A stretch of DNA of 64,000 bases. Origin: Planctomycetota bacterium (GTDB lineage Bacteria > Planctomycetota > B15-G4). Position 1 is the first letter of the stretch. Each line of letters starts with the position of its first letter. The translations under genes and the position numbers were made by a program. The notes below the pieces were generated by a model that worked only from the letters and a program-made list of their open reading frames with translations, ran no database searches and had not been told where the DNA came from. Shown here piece after piece: positions 1-9,882 of the stretch. The stretch is taken from positions 1,472,001 to 1,536,000 of the forward strand of contig CBDFJQ010000002.1 in NCBI GenBank assembly GCA_965248575.1, in the 5' to 3' direction.

Positions 1-558
1 GCCGCTCTCCAACACGTAGGCGTCCGCCGTCTCATCCACCAGCCTTCCGAAAGCGATGTTCGTGTGCCCGTCTCCGGCCCCGCCTTTGAGGATCAGGGTG
101 TCCTCGACATCGTAGGCCGCGGCGACGTCGAGCTCGTACTCCCAGGTCACCGGGCTGAACTGGATCAAGCTGGCGTGCACGTCGTAGTGGACGTGCCGGA
201 TGGAGGCCGAGTTCTCGATGGCGAAGTTCAGATTCGGCGGCTCGGACGACACATGCGTTATCAGCCGACCGCCCAGCGCTGGCTCCACCTGCCCGTCGGG
301 ATGCAGGCGGTCCACGGGGGGATCGTGGGGCCCGCTCAAATCCGCCTCCGTCACCCCCGCAGCCTTGAGCGCCGGGGTCAGCTCCAAGCGCCCTCTCGTA
401 TCTAGAGACTGCGACAGGCCCGACGAGGCCAGGCAGAGCAAGGCTGCCACCGCAAGCCCAACTCGGCCGAGGCCACTTGCAAGGCCAATGGCGCGACCGG
501 GCGCAGGCATCGGGACAGGACGGCGGGACGGTCGCGGGGTGCGGATCAGGTCTGGCAT
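1..558 (-). CDS. ABC transporter substrate-binding protein, family 5 (peptide/nickel), N-terminal part; runs off the window edge
   Basis: Not in the ORF track because it has no stop inside the window. Manual translation from ATG 558 gives a signal-like segment (VGLAVAALLCLASSGLSQ) followed by GGRLITHVSSEPPNLNFAIENSASIRHVHYDVHASLIQFSPVTWEYELDVA, which resembles the family-5 SBP N-terminus. Confidence 0.65.
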   Translation of the reverse strand, partial: MPDLIRTPRPSRRPVPMPAPGRAIGLASGLGRVGLAVAALLCLASSGLSQSLDTRGRLELTPALKAAGVTEADLSGPHDPPVDRLHPDGQVEPALGGRLITHVSSEPPNLNFAIENSASIRHVHYDVHASLIQFSPVTWEYELDVAAAYDVEDTLILKGGAGDGHTNIAFGRLVDETADAYVLESG

Positions 559-854
559 GGCTTGGATTCCACGGGATGCGTGAGGCCGACGAGAAGCGGG
601 TCGGTGCGGCCCCAAGGGCGATCGGTGCTGATTGAACTCTCTCTACGAACGATTCCTGTCGACTGTGCGAGACGAGGCCCATCCTCGAGCCCGTCCCCCA
701 GGCTCAGACACTGCGAGCCATGGAAGGTCACGCCCAAAGGGGCTGCCTCGTGTCCTCTCATCTCATCCCGCAAGAACGCGGACTTCGAGGGGCGCCGGAT
801 CCCACCGGAGAACCGGTGATTTGCGCCTCGAAAGGTCACGACCGAGGGGTTGGC

Positions 855-883
855 AACGTACTGGTGGAATGGCTCCCTGTCAA
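855..883 (-). promoter_or_regulatory. Putative sigma70-type promoter TTGACA-17nt-TACGTT
   Basis: Perfect -35 hexamer (883-878), 17-nt spacer and TAnnnT -10 (860-855), oriented toward the SBP gene. Confidence 0.55.
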
Positions 884-950
884 TGCAGGCGAATGATCGC
901 AAGGTCTTGATTCACAAGCTCTTGCGGCGTCACCCCCAAGCCAGATTTGG

Positions 951-1478
951 TCACAGGGGAAGATGTTGCGCGCTGGAGGTCCGAAGCCCACCGTCCCCCA
1001 AACTCGTGGAGGACAGATCCGACGTCGTCAGGTGCGCCAGGCACAACGCCAAGAGCACGATTCCCTCCACCATCCCCTGCCGCCGGGTGGGCACAAGCGT
1101 CCAAGGCAGGGAGGACCGCAAGAGGCGCGTGAGGCCCAACGCCGCCGTCGCCAGGGCCGGCGCTGCGACGTAGAGCGCCATCGCCCCCGCCTGGGTGGCG
1201 CAACGAATGGCCTGCTGCTCCGAGAGCCCCTCGGGTCCCCGTTTGGAGATCATCGCTGCGACGCCCAGCATTCCGCCAAAGGCCGCCAAGGCCGTGCCCA
1301 ATTCGTTCGGCACGAGAAAGGGCTGATCTTCGAAGGCGTAGGATCGCAGCGCAAGCAAACCCACGGTCCAGGAGTACGAGGCCACCGCCCCCGCCAAGAG
1401 CGCCAGCACCCTGGGCACGGACACGCGATTCGACGAGCTCATGGCCCCATGCAGGATCGGGCGAACCGATGCCAGCAT
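951..1478 (-). CDS. Hypothetical membrane protein
   Basis: Several hydrophobic segments; co-oriented just downstream of ridA. Start may be ATG 1442. Confidence 0.45.
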   Translation of the reverse strand: MLASVRPILHGAMSSSNRVSVPRVLALLAGAVASYSWTVGLLALRSYAFEDQPFLVPNELGTALAAFGGMLGVAAMISKRGPEGLSEQQAIRCATQAGAMALYVAAPALATAALGLTRLLRSSLPWTLVPTRRQGMVEGIVLLALCLAHLTTSDLSSTSLGDGGLRTSSAQHLPL

Positions 1479-1517
1479 CGCGACGACCGCCAGGAGTTTC
1501 TCTGCGAGGTCGATGGC

Positions 1518-1904
1518 TCAGCTCACCGACGCGACGGCATCGATCTCCACCAGCGCGTCCTTGGGCAGGCCCACCACCGCCACGGTGGCGCGGGCCGGCA
1601 AGGAGGAACCAAAGGCTTGCTCGTAGACAGCGTTCATCGCTGCAAAATCGTCCATGCTGCGGAGATACACCGTGGTCTTGAGCACCCGCCCGAGGCTGCT
1701 GCCCGCCGCCTCGAGTACTGCTCGTAGGTTCGTCAGGACCTGCGCGCTCTGCTCGGCAACGCCTCCTTCCACCATGGCACCCGTGACCGGATCGAGGGCG
1801 ACCTGCCCGCTGGTGTACACGGTGCTGCCTGCAACGACCGCCTGACTGTAGGGGCCAATCGCGGCCGGGGCCTTGTCCGTGGCAACGATCTTGTGCTCCG
1901 CCAT
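1518..1904 (-). CDS. ridA: RidA/YjgF family reactive intermediate deaminase
   Basis: APAAIGPYSQAV, SGQVALDP, PARATVAV and LVEIDAVA motifs; start trimmed to ATG 1904. Confidence 0.95.
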   Translation of the reverse strand: MAEHKIVATDKAPAAIGPYSQAVVAGSTVYTSGQVALDPVTGAMVEGGVAEQSAQVLTNLRAVLEAAGSSLGRVLKTTVYLRSMDDFAAMNAVYEQAFGSSLPARATVAVVGLPKDALVEIDAVASVS

Positions 1905-1950
1905 CGTGGCGCTCTCCAACGTGCGTGAGGGAAGGGGGCTGAGTCGTTTC

Positions 1951-2421
1951 TCAGGAGACAGTCTTCAGAGCCGCCGCCACTGCCTCGGGCAAGAACACAC
2001 GCGTGTCCCCGCCCGAGCGATGCACCTCGCGCACCAGGCGTGAAGAGATGTGCGCGGTCTCAAGCGATGCAGGCAGGAGGACCGTTTCGATGCCTTCATC
2101 CAGTTGCTTGTTCGCGAAGGACATCTGGAGTTCAGCGGCGGCATCCTGGGCGTTGCGCACACCGCGCACGAGCACCTGGGCTCCGGCAGCCCGAGCAGCG
2201 CTCACCGCCAAACCCTCGAAGGCCACCACCTCCACTCCCGCAGGCAGCACCTCGCGCAAGAGCTGGATGCGCAGTTCCACCGGGAGCCAGCCCTGCTTGT
2301 CGGCATTCTGGCCGACCCCCACCACCAGGCGATCCGACCAAAGCAGGCTGCGACGCACCAAGTCGACGTGCCCCAAGGTAGGCGGATCGAAAGACCCTGC
2401 AAAGAAGGCTGTCTTGCTCAT
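1951..2421 (-). CDS. coaD: Pantetheine-phosphate adenylyltransferase
   Basis: GSFDPPTLGH, VRGVR and ISSRLVREV motifs. Confidence 0.95.
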   Translation of the reverse strand: MSKTAFFAGSFDPPTLGHVDLVRRSLLWSDRLVVGVGQNADKQGWLPVELRIQLLREVLPAGVEVVAFEGLAVSAARAAGAQVLVRGVRNAQDAAAELQMSFANKQLDEGIETVLLPASLETAHISSRLVREVHRSGGDTRVFLPEAVAAALKTVS

Positions 2422-2556
2422 GGGCAGAGGATAGCAAGCGCAAGTGGCCCCTCGATCCCCCTTCGGGCAGCGCCTCGCAGGAAGACGGAAACATGAGCGG
2501 GAGCAGGGTCCGGCGCGGCCGTGAAACGGAATCCGGACTGACCCGTCGATGGGGTT

Positions 2557-3915
2557 GTGTCCGCTCGCACCCTGCTCCTCTTCGCCCTCATGGCTCGCGT
2601 CCTCCCCGGGGGATGGGGGTTGTTCAGTGCTGGGCTGGCTGCAGTCTCAGGTGCTGGCCTCCCAGCCGTCGCCGGTCTGGCCCTGCTCGCGCTGGCACAA
2701 CCGGGCACCGCTCTGGGCTCCCGTGCACCCCACCCGCCCGGCCCGCTGCTCGAAGCCCCCGACGGGCCCAGCGAGGGACGTGAGGGCGGAGTCCAAGCCC
2801 TCGAGCTGCGGGGACGGTGGCGCGCCCCCCCGGGCGAGTCTCCACACCTTCAAACTGCGGGCGGCGCGGTCTCCTTGCGCCTGGCAGCAGACGTGCGACC
2901 ACCTCAAGCGGGAACGCCCCTGACAGTCTGGGCCCGGGTCGATGCCATGGGTCGCGCCACCGCCGTCCACCTTCAAGACCTGGCGCCTGCCGAGGGTGCC
3001 TGGCTCGACCGCTGGCGCGAAACCGCCGCGCGACGCATCCGCACCCTCACCCATGGGCAACGGGGCTTGGTGGAGGCCCTGCTGCTCGGCAGCCGGGATC
3101 ATCTGTCTCCCGAAGTCCGGAACGATTGCATCAGAACCGGAACGATGCACTTGCTAGCCCTGAGCGGACTGCATGTGGCCTTGGTCGCCGCTGCTCTTCA
3201 GCGGCTTCCAGGCCTGGGCCGGGTGCGGCTGCTGTGCTCCCTGGGGACCCTGCTCTCCTTTGTCCTGCTGGCCGGCCACCGACCGTCGCTGCTGAGAGCG
3301 AGCCTCGCTTGGCTGGCCACCTTCGTGGGCCTGGCGTCCGGGCGGCTCGGTGCGGGGCTTCCACGCCTCGCGGCCATCGCGCTGGTGTTGCTCACTCTCA
3401 GCCCAACGCTGCGCGAGGACCTCGGGGCCCAGTTGTCCTTCCTGGCAGTCGCCGGGCTTCTGGCCGCAGCACGCCTCCTGCGCGGCGGGCTCCTGGGTCC
3501 TTCAGGTGCCTTCCTGGCCACCGCGCCCCTGTGCCTCGAAACGTTCGGACGCGTGCAGCCGTGGGGCTTGCTCATCACCCCCTTCCTGGTACCTGCTGTT
3601 GCCGCAGTCTTGTTGACCGGGCTGTTGGCCGTCTTCCCGGGAGAGACCTTGTCGCTGTTGGACCCCGTCACAAGTCCGCTGCTCAACGCCGCTGCCGATG
3701 GACTCGCGTGGCAGCTCCGGGCCGCAGCCTGGCTGTGTCCAGCCCCCCTGACACCGCCGCCGTTTCCACTTCCTGGGTTGTGGGTCTCACTCTTGGTGGT
3801 CGCTGCACTGGTCGCCCTCCCTGGTCGTGGCCGGCGATCGCCGCTCGAGCAGACGGAAGCCCAGGTGGCGCCGTCGGCTCCGTGGCCTGACGAGCGGCAG
3901 CTCCTCCACCCATGA
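2557..3915 (+). CDS. comEC: ComEC/Rec2 family competence membrane protein (no C-terminal metallo-beta-lactamase domain)
   Basis: ALLLG, GTMHLLALSGLHV, PSLLRA and GAQLSFLA motifs; multiple transmembrane segments. Confidence 0.9.
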   Translation: MSARTLLLFALMARVLPGGWGLFSAGLAAVSGAGLPAVAGLALLALAQPGTALGSRAPHPPGPLLEAPDGPSEGREGGVQALELRGRWRAPPGESPHLQTAGGAVSLRLAADVRPPQAGTPLTVWARVDAMGRATAVHLQDLAPAEGAWLDRWRETAARRIRTLTHGQRGLVEALLLGSRDHLSPEVRNDCIRTGTMHLLALSGLHVALVAAALQRLPGLGRVRLLCSLGTLLSFVLLAGHRPSLLRASLAWLATFVGLASGRLGAGLPRLAAIALVLLTLSPTLREDLGAQLSFLAVAGLLAAARLLRGGLLGPSGAFLATAPLCLETFGRVQPWGLLITPFLVPAVAAVLLTGLLAVFPGETLSLLDPVTSPLLNAAADGLAWQLRAAAWLCPAPLTPPPFPLPGLWVSLLVVAALVALPGRGRRSPLEQTEAQVAPSAPWPDERQLLHP

Positions 3916-5387
3916 CGAGCGACCGCCCACCCGTCGCGGACGTGCGCGTGCAAACCTACTGCCTGTGCGGTGCCCGCGCCCAGGCCGTTGAAGTGGAGTT
4001 GCAGATCACCGGCGGCCTCATGCAGCGGATCATCATGAGCGGGCTGCCCGGAGGTGCCGTCCGAGAATCCCGGGACCGGCTGCGTGCCTGCCTGACTCAC
4101 GCTGGCCTGTCGTTGCCGCGACGCTCGGTGCTGGCCAACTTCGCACCGGCAGATGTACACAAGGAAGGAAACGGCTTCGACCTGCCGCTCGTGCTCGGCA
4201 TGCTGGCTCTCACCGAACACATCCCTGCACAGGTGCTGCAGGAGCGCACGGTGTTTGGCGAAGTGGCGCTCGACGGTCGGCTGCGCCCCGTGCGCGGCGC
4301 CTTGACCTTGGCTCTTGCGGCCCGCCGCGACGGCGCACGTCGTCTCATGCTGCCTTACGACAACGGTGCAGAAGCCGCCCTGGTCGAGGGCCTCTTGGTC
4401 GAGCCCGTGCGCACCGTGCAAGAAGCGTTGGACGTGCTGGGCGGTGCGCCCGCCCCCGCCCCTCCACCGGGCTTGTGCAGCGCGCAGCCCACTCTCGACC
4501 TGGCCGACGTCCGGGGACAGGCCAGCGCGCGCCGAGCGCTCGAGATTGCGGCCCTGGGCGGCCACAACCTCCTGCTCTCAGGTCCGCCCGGCACCGGCAA
4601 GACCATGTTGGCCCAACGCCTCCCGGGCCTGCTTCCTGCCTTGAGTGAGTCCCAAGCCCTCGAGGTCTCCGCACTGCATGGACTGGCGTCGGGCGGCGTG
4701 GCACGCATCCACCGCCACCCGCCATTCCGGGCACCGCACCACACCATCTCCAGGGGTGGTTTGATTGGCGGCGGCAAACCCCTGACGCCTGGCGAGATCA
4801 GCCTGGCCCATCATGGCGTGCTCTTCCTCGACGAAATGGCCGAGTTCCCGCGCACCCTGCTCGAGTCCTTGCGCCAACCGCTGGAGGATGGGGAGCTGCG
4901 TCTGGCGCGCGCGGGGCGGACCATGGTCTTTCCGGCGCGGGTGCAGCTGGTGGGTGCCATGAATCCCTGTCCCTGCGGGAACCTCGGGCACCCGCGCCGG
5001 GGCTGCTGCTGCTCTCCGGCAGCCCTGGACCTCTACCGCCGACGCCTGTCCGGCCCCCTGCTCGATCGGTTCGACCTCGCCGTCGATGTGCCTCCGCCCG
5101 AAGCCCAAGCCTTGCTGGGTGATGCAGTCGGAGAATGCAGCGCTGACGTCCTGAGCCGCATGCGTAGCGCTCCGCCCCGCTCCGAATCGGCAGCGCCCAT
5201 TCCCGAGGTCGCACCCGTGCGACGCCGACTCGAACGAGCCATCACGGCCTTTGGACTTTCAGCACGAGCCGTCCATCGCTCTGTCGCCGTGGCACGCACC
5301 ATTGCTCGCCTGCGGGGTGAGCAAGAGGCCAACATCACCGACCTCGACGAGGCGCTCTCCTTCCGCAACGGACTCTCGCGCAACTAG
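3912..5387 (+). CDS. comM: YifB/ComM family Mg-chelatase-like AAA+ ATPase
   Basis: GLPGGAVRESRDR, Walker A GPPGTGKT, PFRAPHHTIS, LFLDE and AMNPCPCG motifs; ATGA overlap with comEC. Confidence 0.93.
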   Translation: MTSDRPPVADVRVQTYCLCGARAQAVEVELQITGGLMQRIIMSGLPGGAVRESRDRLRACLTHAGLSLPRRSVLANFAPADVHKEGNGFDLPLVLGMLALTEHIPAQVLQERTVFGEVALDGRLRPVRGALTLALAARRDGARRLMLPYDNGAEAALVEGLLVEPVRTVQEALDVLGGAPAPAPPPGLCSAQPTLDLADVRGQASARRALEIAALGGHNLLLSGPPGTGKTMLAQRLPGLLPALSESQALEVSALHGLASGGVARIHRHPPFRAPHHTISRGGLIGGGKPLTPGEISLAHHGVLFLDEMAEFPRTLLESLRQPLEDGELRLARAGRTMVFPARVQLVGAMNPCPCGNLGHPRRGCCCSPAALDLYRRRLSGPLLDRFDLAVDVPPPEAQALLGDAVGECSADVLSRMRSAPPRSESAAPIPEVAPVRRRLERAITAFGLSARAVHRSVAVARTIARLRGEQEANITDLDEALSFRNGLSRN

Positions 5388-7780
5388 TTTGCCGCAGCCG
5401 GCGATGGCCCCCGCTTGCAGAGCGCTACGCCCACGGCCAGGAGCGCCAACAGCTGGATCCAGCCAGCCGTGCGTCGCCCGGGAAGATCGAAGCGGAACTC
5501 GACTTCGTGTCGGCCGGCGGTCAAGGGAACCCCCAACAGGGCGTGGTCCACGGGAGAAAGGTCCCGGACCTCACCGTCTACGCGCAGCTCCCAACCGTCG
5601 TGCCAGCTCTCCACCACCACAAGCACGCCGTCCCAATCTGCCTCGACATCCAGCAGGATGTGCCCGTCCTCATCGAGCCGTGGCTGCACGGGCAGCATCT
5701 CGCCTGTCGCTGGTAGCGTGATGCCGGGGTCGCTTTCCAAGACCACCGTGGCGTGTACCGGCGCGTCGGGCCGGGAGAGCCAGGCGAGACGTTCAGGAGC
5801 CGACGGCAACAGCACCGCACCGCCACACAGGAAAGCCCTCGGCCCCGCCCCCGGCCGACGGAAGGCGGCCAGGCCTTCGTCGACACTCTCGTAGTCGTTG
5901 GGCCAGCCGCGCCGCGCAGCCATCCCCGGGTCGGCGTGCACCACCGTGCCCACTTCGAAGAGGTCGAGCAGCGCGTGGTCCAGCATCGTCTCGTTGGGGA
6001 ATGGCTCGACACTCCGCGGGTCGCGCCAATCGATGAGCCCGTCCCCCATGCACTCGAAGAGTTCGGCCTGTCGTCGCCCCAACATGGGCACGCTGCCGTG
6101 CAAGCTGCGGATGCCATGCAAGCCCGCGGCGCTGGGAGGCAAGACGCGACGCTGGCCCACCACGGCCACGCGCCCGGGCTGCTGGGCCAGCCAACTCAAG
6201 CTGGGCCGTTCGCCAAAGTGTTCGAACTGCGGAGGGAAGGGATTGAAGACCCAAGCAAGGGTCACGAGGTCCACGAAGAGCAAGAGCACCAGAGCCGGAC
6301 CCGCCCAGGACCTGCCCCGCGACGCCCACCACAAGAGCAGGCTCCCAGCTGCAATCAGCGCGGCCTGACGCGCTGCCTGGGGGCGGAGAGCGGCCAGGAA
6401 ATCGGGAGCATCCGCTTCCCCGTTCAGCGTGACCACTGTGACGAGACCCAGCAGCAGCGCAAGCAACGAAAGTCCCGGCCACCAACTCGTGGCCACGCGA
6501 CGCCGGCACAAGGCATCCAGAGCGAGCCCCGCGGCGAGCGGGACACAACCAGCCCAAAGCACCACCGCTCGTTTGGAGTTGGCCGAGCCCAGGCCTTCCA
6601 GACCCGGAACCAGATCCACGGCGAAGGGGATCGCCAGGGCGCCCAGCACCGACAGCGCCGCCGCAGCACCCAACTGTTTCGCCCGGGGGTCGACCCCGCG
6701 CCGCAACAGCAAGGGAAACAAGAGCAGCAGCGCCACCCCTGGGTAGAGCGCATCTTCCACCGGGTTGTCCTGCACATCATCGGTGAGCATCAAGCGCCGG
6801 GGCCAGTAGGCTTGCATGGACGGCGCGGGGGGGTCGGCCGTCGAGAAGTCGCTGGGTCGCCCAAAGAACTCTGGCACCGCCATGCCGATCAGGGCCGCAG
6901 GTTGGAGACCCGACTGGGCCGTGAGCGCCTTGGCGCGATCCGACGTTCGGGCCGCGACGGGGTACACCGACTGAACGGCATTCAGGAGCGGCGCAGCCAA
7001 GGCCAGGCCGAGGGCGGCGGCCAGCCCGGCAGAAAGAAACGGCACGGGTTTCCACAGACGTCGCTCCAGCACCACGAGCAACAGGAAGCCAGCGAGGTAG
7101 ATCATTCCCACCTGGGGGAAGCCCGCCAGCAGACTCAAGCCGATCCACAGCGCCCCCTCTGCGACGGCCGCCCCCCAGCGCCCCCTGCGCAACCACTCCA
7201 CGGCCACCACCAAGCCCGGCCAACAGGCTGTGGTGTAGGTGATCTGCGGAAGATGCCAGCGCGTGATCATCCATGTGGACAGGGAGAAACCGACGGCGGC
7301 GAGAGCTCCCGCGGTGCGACTCCCGTTCAACACGCGCACGGCGCGGTAGGCGCTGAAGGCCGCGAGCGCCATGTGGAACCAGAGCAGCCAGTCCAGGCTG
7401 TCCACCGGGTCCTGGCCCACGAGCCAGGCGGCGTAGGGCAGGTCGATGGGATAGGTCTGGTTCGCGCCGAGCGGGTAGCCCAAGAGCTGACGGTTGTCCC
7501 ACCACGGCGTGTTGCCTGCCGCCTCGAGTTGGGCCAGACGCATCAAGCCGGGAAGGACCAGGAAGTCGCCGTCGGATGTGATCGGGTTGATCAGCGGCCG
7601 CTCACCAGCCGAGGGTTTCAACCAGGGTGCGGGATAGCCTGGGTGCGCCTCATCGAAGGACAGCGTGGACGCGTCGCCGACGAGCGGTTCCCACAGCACG
7701 AACAGCGCGCCGACCATGCAGACGATGGCGGCCAACAGCCATTCCTTCATGTGCGGTGGCCGGGTGCCCTCTTGCGACAT
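5384..7780 (-). CDS. YfhO-like multi-pass membrane protein (putative GT-C glycosyltransferase)
   Basis: PWWDNRQLLGYPLGAN loop, many transmembrane helices, and a C-terminal LVVVESWHDGWELRVDG...GVPLTAGRHEVEFRF segment typical of YfhO. Confidence 0.75.
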   Translation of the reverse strand: MSQEGTRPPHMKEWLLAAIVCMVGALFVLWEPLVGDASTLSFDEAHPGYPAPWLKPSAGERPLINPITSDGDFLVLPGLMRLAQLEAAGNTPWWDNRQLLGYPLGANQTYPIDLPYAAWLVGQDPVDSLDWLLWFHMALAAFSAYRAVRVLNGSRTAGALAAVGFSLSTWMITRWHLPQITYTTACWPGLVVAVEWLRRGRWGAAVAEGALWIGLSLLAGFPQVGMIYLAGFLLLVVLERRLWKPVPFLSAGLAAALGLALAAPLLNAVQSVYPVAARTSDRAKALTAQSGLQPAALIGMAVPEFFGRPSDFSTADPPAPSMQAYWPRRLMLTDDVQDNPVEDALYPGVALLLLFPLLLRRGVDPRAKQLGAAAALSVLGALAIPFAVDLVPGLEGLGSANSKRAVVLWAGCVPLAAGLALDALCRRRVATSWWPGLSLLALLLGLVTVVTLNGEADAPDFLAALRPQAARQAALIAAGSLLLWWASRGRSWAGPALVLLLFVDLVTLAWVFNPFPPQFEHFGERPSLSWLAQQPGRVAVVGQRRVLPPSAAGLHGIRSLHGSVPMLGRRQAELFECMGDGLIDWRDPRSVEPFPNETMLDHALLDLFEVGTVVHADPGMAARRGWPNDYESVDEGLAAFRRPGAGPRAFLCGGAVLLPSAPERLAWLSRPDAPVHATVVLESDPGITLPATGEMLPVQPRLDEDGHILLDVEADWDGVLVVVESWHDGWELRVDGEVRDLSPVDHALLGVPLTAGRHEVEFRFDLPGRRTAGWIQLLALLAVGVALCKRGPSPAAAN

Positions 7781-7926
7781 GGACGGTTCGCTCTCAACGA
7801 CCGGGGCGGCGGGCTACGCCTCGGAGGCGCGCAACGAGGACGCGCAACGAGGACACGAAAAGACCGGATCGCGCGCATGATACGGTAGCGCGTCGCGCCA
7901 TCCACCCGGGAGAGCTCGCCCAGCCC

Positions 7927-9861
7927 ATGTCCAACCGCTCGGCGCCCGCTCCTGCCCCTGCCTCCGAGCCCTCACGGCCGCCCGAAGGCGACAAGCCTCG
8001 GGGCCTGTGGGCCAACATCTTGCGGGGAGGACGCCCACTCGCCGCACTGCTCATGGTAGCCGCTGGCATCAAGTTCCTGGTGGTTGCTGCCAGCTTGGAC
8101 GCCAACCCCCTTGCGCGCCACGCCACCAGCGACTCGCGCTACTACCTGGACCGAGCCGCAGGGATTGCCGGGCAGGCGATGGACCCCTTCGCTGCGCAGC
8201 CCTATCACCTGCCGCCCCTCTACCCTCAACTCCTGGCACGTGTCCCGGGGGCCCTGGACGGGTCCTTTGGGCCCCTCTTCCTGCTCCAGGCGCTGGCGGG
8301 CACCGCGGCACTTTTGGGGCTCTACCTGCTGGCCGTGCGACGCACCAGCCGCCCGCTCGCCCTGGCTGCCACGGGGCTGGCCCTGCTCTATGGACCCTCG
8401 ACCTTCTTCGAGGTGAAGGTCCTGGGCGACTCCTTGGCGTGCTCGCTCCTGGTCTGGGTCCTGGTCCTGGCGGATCGCCTGGCCGACGGCTTTCCGAGCC
8501 CGCGCGCCGAGCAGGCGCCCAAGCTCAGCCCAGCGCCTGGCCTCACGCTGCGCCATGCGATGGGCTTCGCCATCGGGCTCGGCCTGGGGTGTGGGACGGC
8601 CACTCTTCTGCGCCCGCAGTTGATGCTTCTGCTCCCGGTCCTGGCGGCCTGGCTTTGGCTGCGCAGACTGCGGGGCCCAGCCGTGGCCTTCGCACTCACG
8701 GCTGGCTTGGTGATGCTGCCCTCGCTCCTGCACAACCTGTCTGCGGAGGCCGGCTTCGCTCCCGTCTCCGACAATGGCGGCGTCAATCTGTGGCTCGCCA
8801 ACACGGGGCCGATGTCCGGAACCTTCCTGACTCACGACGAGGCCTTCGGCGACATCGAACGCCAGGCGCAGTCGGCACAGGCCGTGGCCGAAACCCTGGC
8901 CGGCCGCACGCTCGGTCCAGGAGAGGTGTCGAACACCCTCAGCCAGGCGGCATGGAACGCCATCTGGAGAGAACCCGGTGTGTTCCTTGAGCGCCTGGCT
9001 CTGCGAGCGCAGGCGCTGACCGAGACGTTTGAAACGGGCATCGTCTGCGTGCCCGCCATCGAGTCCCAGCTGATTGCGCCGCTGCAGGTCCTGGCCGTGC
9101 CGTTCGGCCTGTTGCTCGCCCTGACGGGAGCGAGCCTGGTGATCCTGGCCCGCGGCCGCGACCGTCGCAGCAACGCTCCAGCGGGGTCGAGCGAAGCACC
9201 TGGCTCTCCCCTCCTACCCATGCTCGCGGTGGCGGGTATCGTGCTGCTCACCACCCTGCTCTTCTTCCACTACAGCCGGTTCCGCCTGCCGCTCATCCCC
9301 CTGGCGTGCGTGGCCGTCTCCTGCGCGGCGCAGCGCCTGGGACACGTGGCCCAGCGACCGGGGCCAGGACGGATCCTGATCGCCTTGCTGGTGGGCGTTG
9401 CTCTGGCCTGGGTCTCCTGGCAAGACGGCACGCACCATGCGGACACCCGGGCCATCGGGTGGACCAGCCTCTCCGAGGCGCGCCTCGCCCTGGCCACCCC
9501 TGACACACGACAGGCCGCCCTGCAGGCCGCGGATGACGACATCACGACGGCTCTCGCCCATGCGCCGGCCCTGGTGAGAGCTCGACTCCAGGCCCACCGT
9601 GTGGCGCTGGGACTGGCACGCTTCGAGCAGGCGAACCAACACCTGGATGCGGTCGCAGCCGTCCTTCCTGAGCACCCCCAGGTGCTGCTCAACCGGGCCT
9701 GGATGCACGCCCTGCAGCACCCCGACAACCGCTTCTATAACCCGGCTGGCGCCCGCGAGCTGCTCAGGCGATTGGAGCAGACGGCGATCCTCGACCCGGA
9801 GCTCAGGGAGCACATGGGGCGACTCGACGCCTTTCTCGCCTCCATCGAGGCGCGCGGGTGA
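7927..9861 (+). CDS. Membrane glycosyltransferase-like protein (GT39/ArnT-like) with C-terminal TPR-like helices
   Basis: SDSRYY..A, PPLYP, LLRPQL, NGGVNLWLAN and SRFRLPLIP motifs; start trimmed to ATG 7927. Confidence 0.75.
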   Translation: MSNRSAPAPAPASEPSRPPEGDKPRGLWANILRGGRPLAALLMVAAGIKFLVVAASLDANPLARHATSDSRYYLDRAAGIAGQAMDPFAAQPYHLPPLYPQLLARVPGALDGSFGPLFLLQALAGTAALLGLYLLAVRRTSRPLALAATGLALLYGPSTFFEVKVLGDSLACSLLVWVLVLADRLADGFPSPRAEQAPKLSPAPGLTLRHAMGFAIGLGLGCGTATLLRPQLMLLLPVLAAWLWLRRLRGPAVAFALTAGLVMLPSLLHNLSAEAGFAPVSDNGGVNLWLANTGPMSGTFLTHDEAFGDIERQAQSAQAVAETLAGRTLGPGEVSNTLSQAAWNAIWREPGVFLERLALRAQALTETFETGIVCVPAIESQLIAPLQVLAVPFGLLLALTGASLVILARGRDRRSNAPAGSSEAPGSPLLPMLAVAGIVLLTTLLFFHYSRFRLPLIPLACVAVSCAAQRLGHVAQRPGPGRILIALLVGVALAWVSWQDGTHHADTRAIGWTSLSEARLALATPDTRQAALQAADDDITTALAHAPALVRARLQAHRVALGLARFEQANQHLDAVAAVLPEHPQVLLNRAWMHALQHPDNRFYNPAGARELLRRLEQTAILDPELREHMGRLDAFLASIEARG

Positions 9862-9882
9862 ACTCGGGGCCGGTGCCCGGTG

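Noticed and set aside
780..860. Resemblance to a c-di-GMP-I riboswitch (GCCAACC...GGCGCAAA on the minus strand)
   Set aside because: Lacks the GNRA tetraloop/receptor arrangement and the P1 pairing; kept only as an unassigned structured leader.
5753..7888. 711-aa plus-strand ORF
   Set aside because: Antisense shadow of the YfhO-like gene; no motifs, and expected in high-GC DNA.
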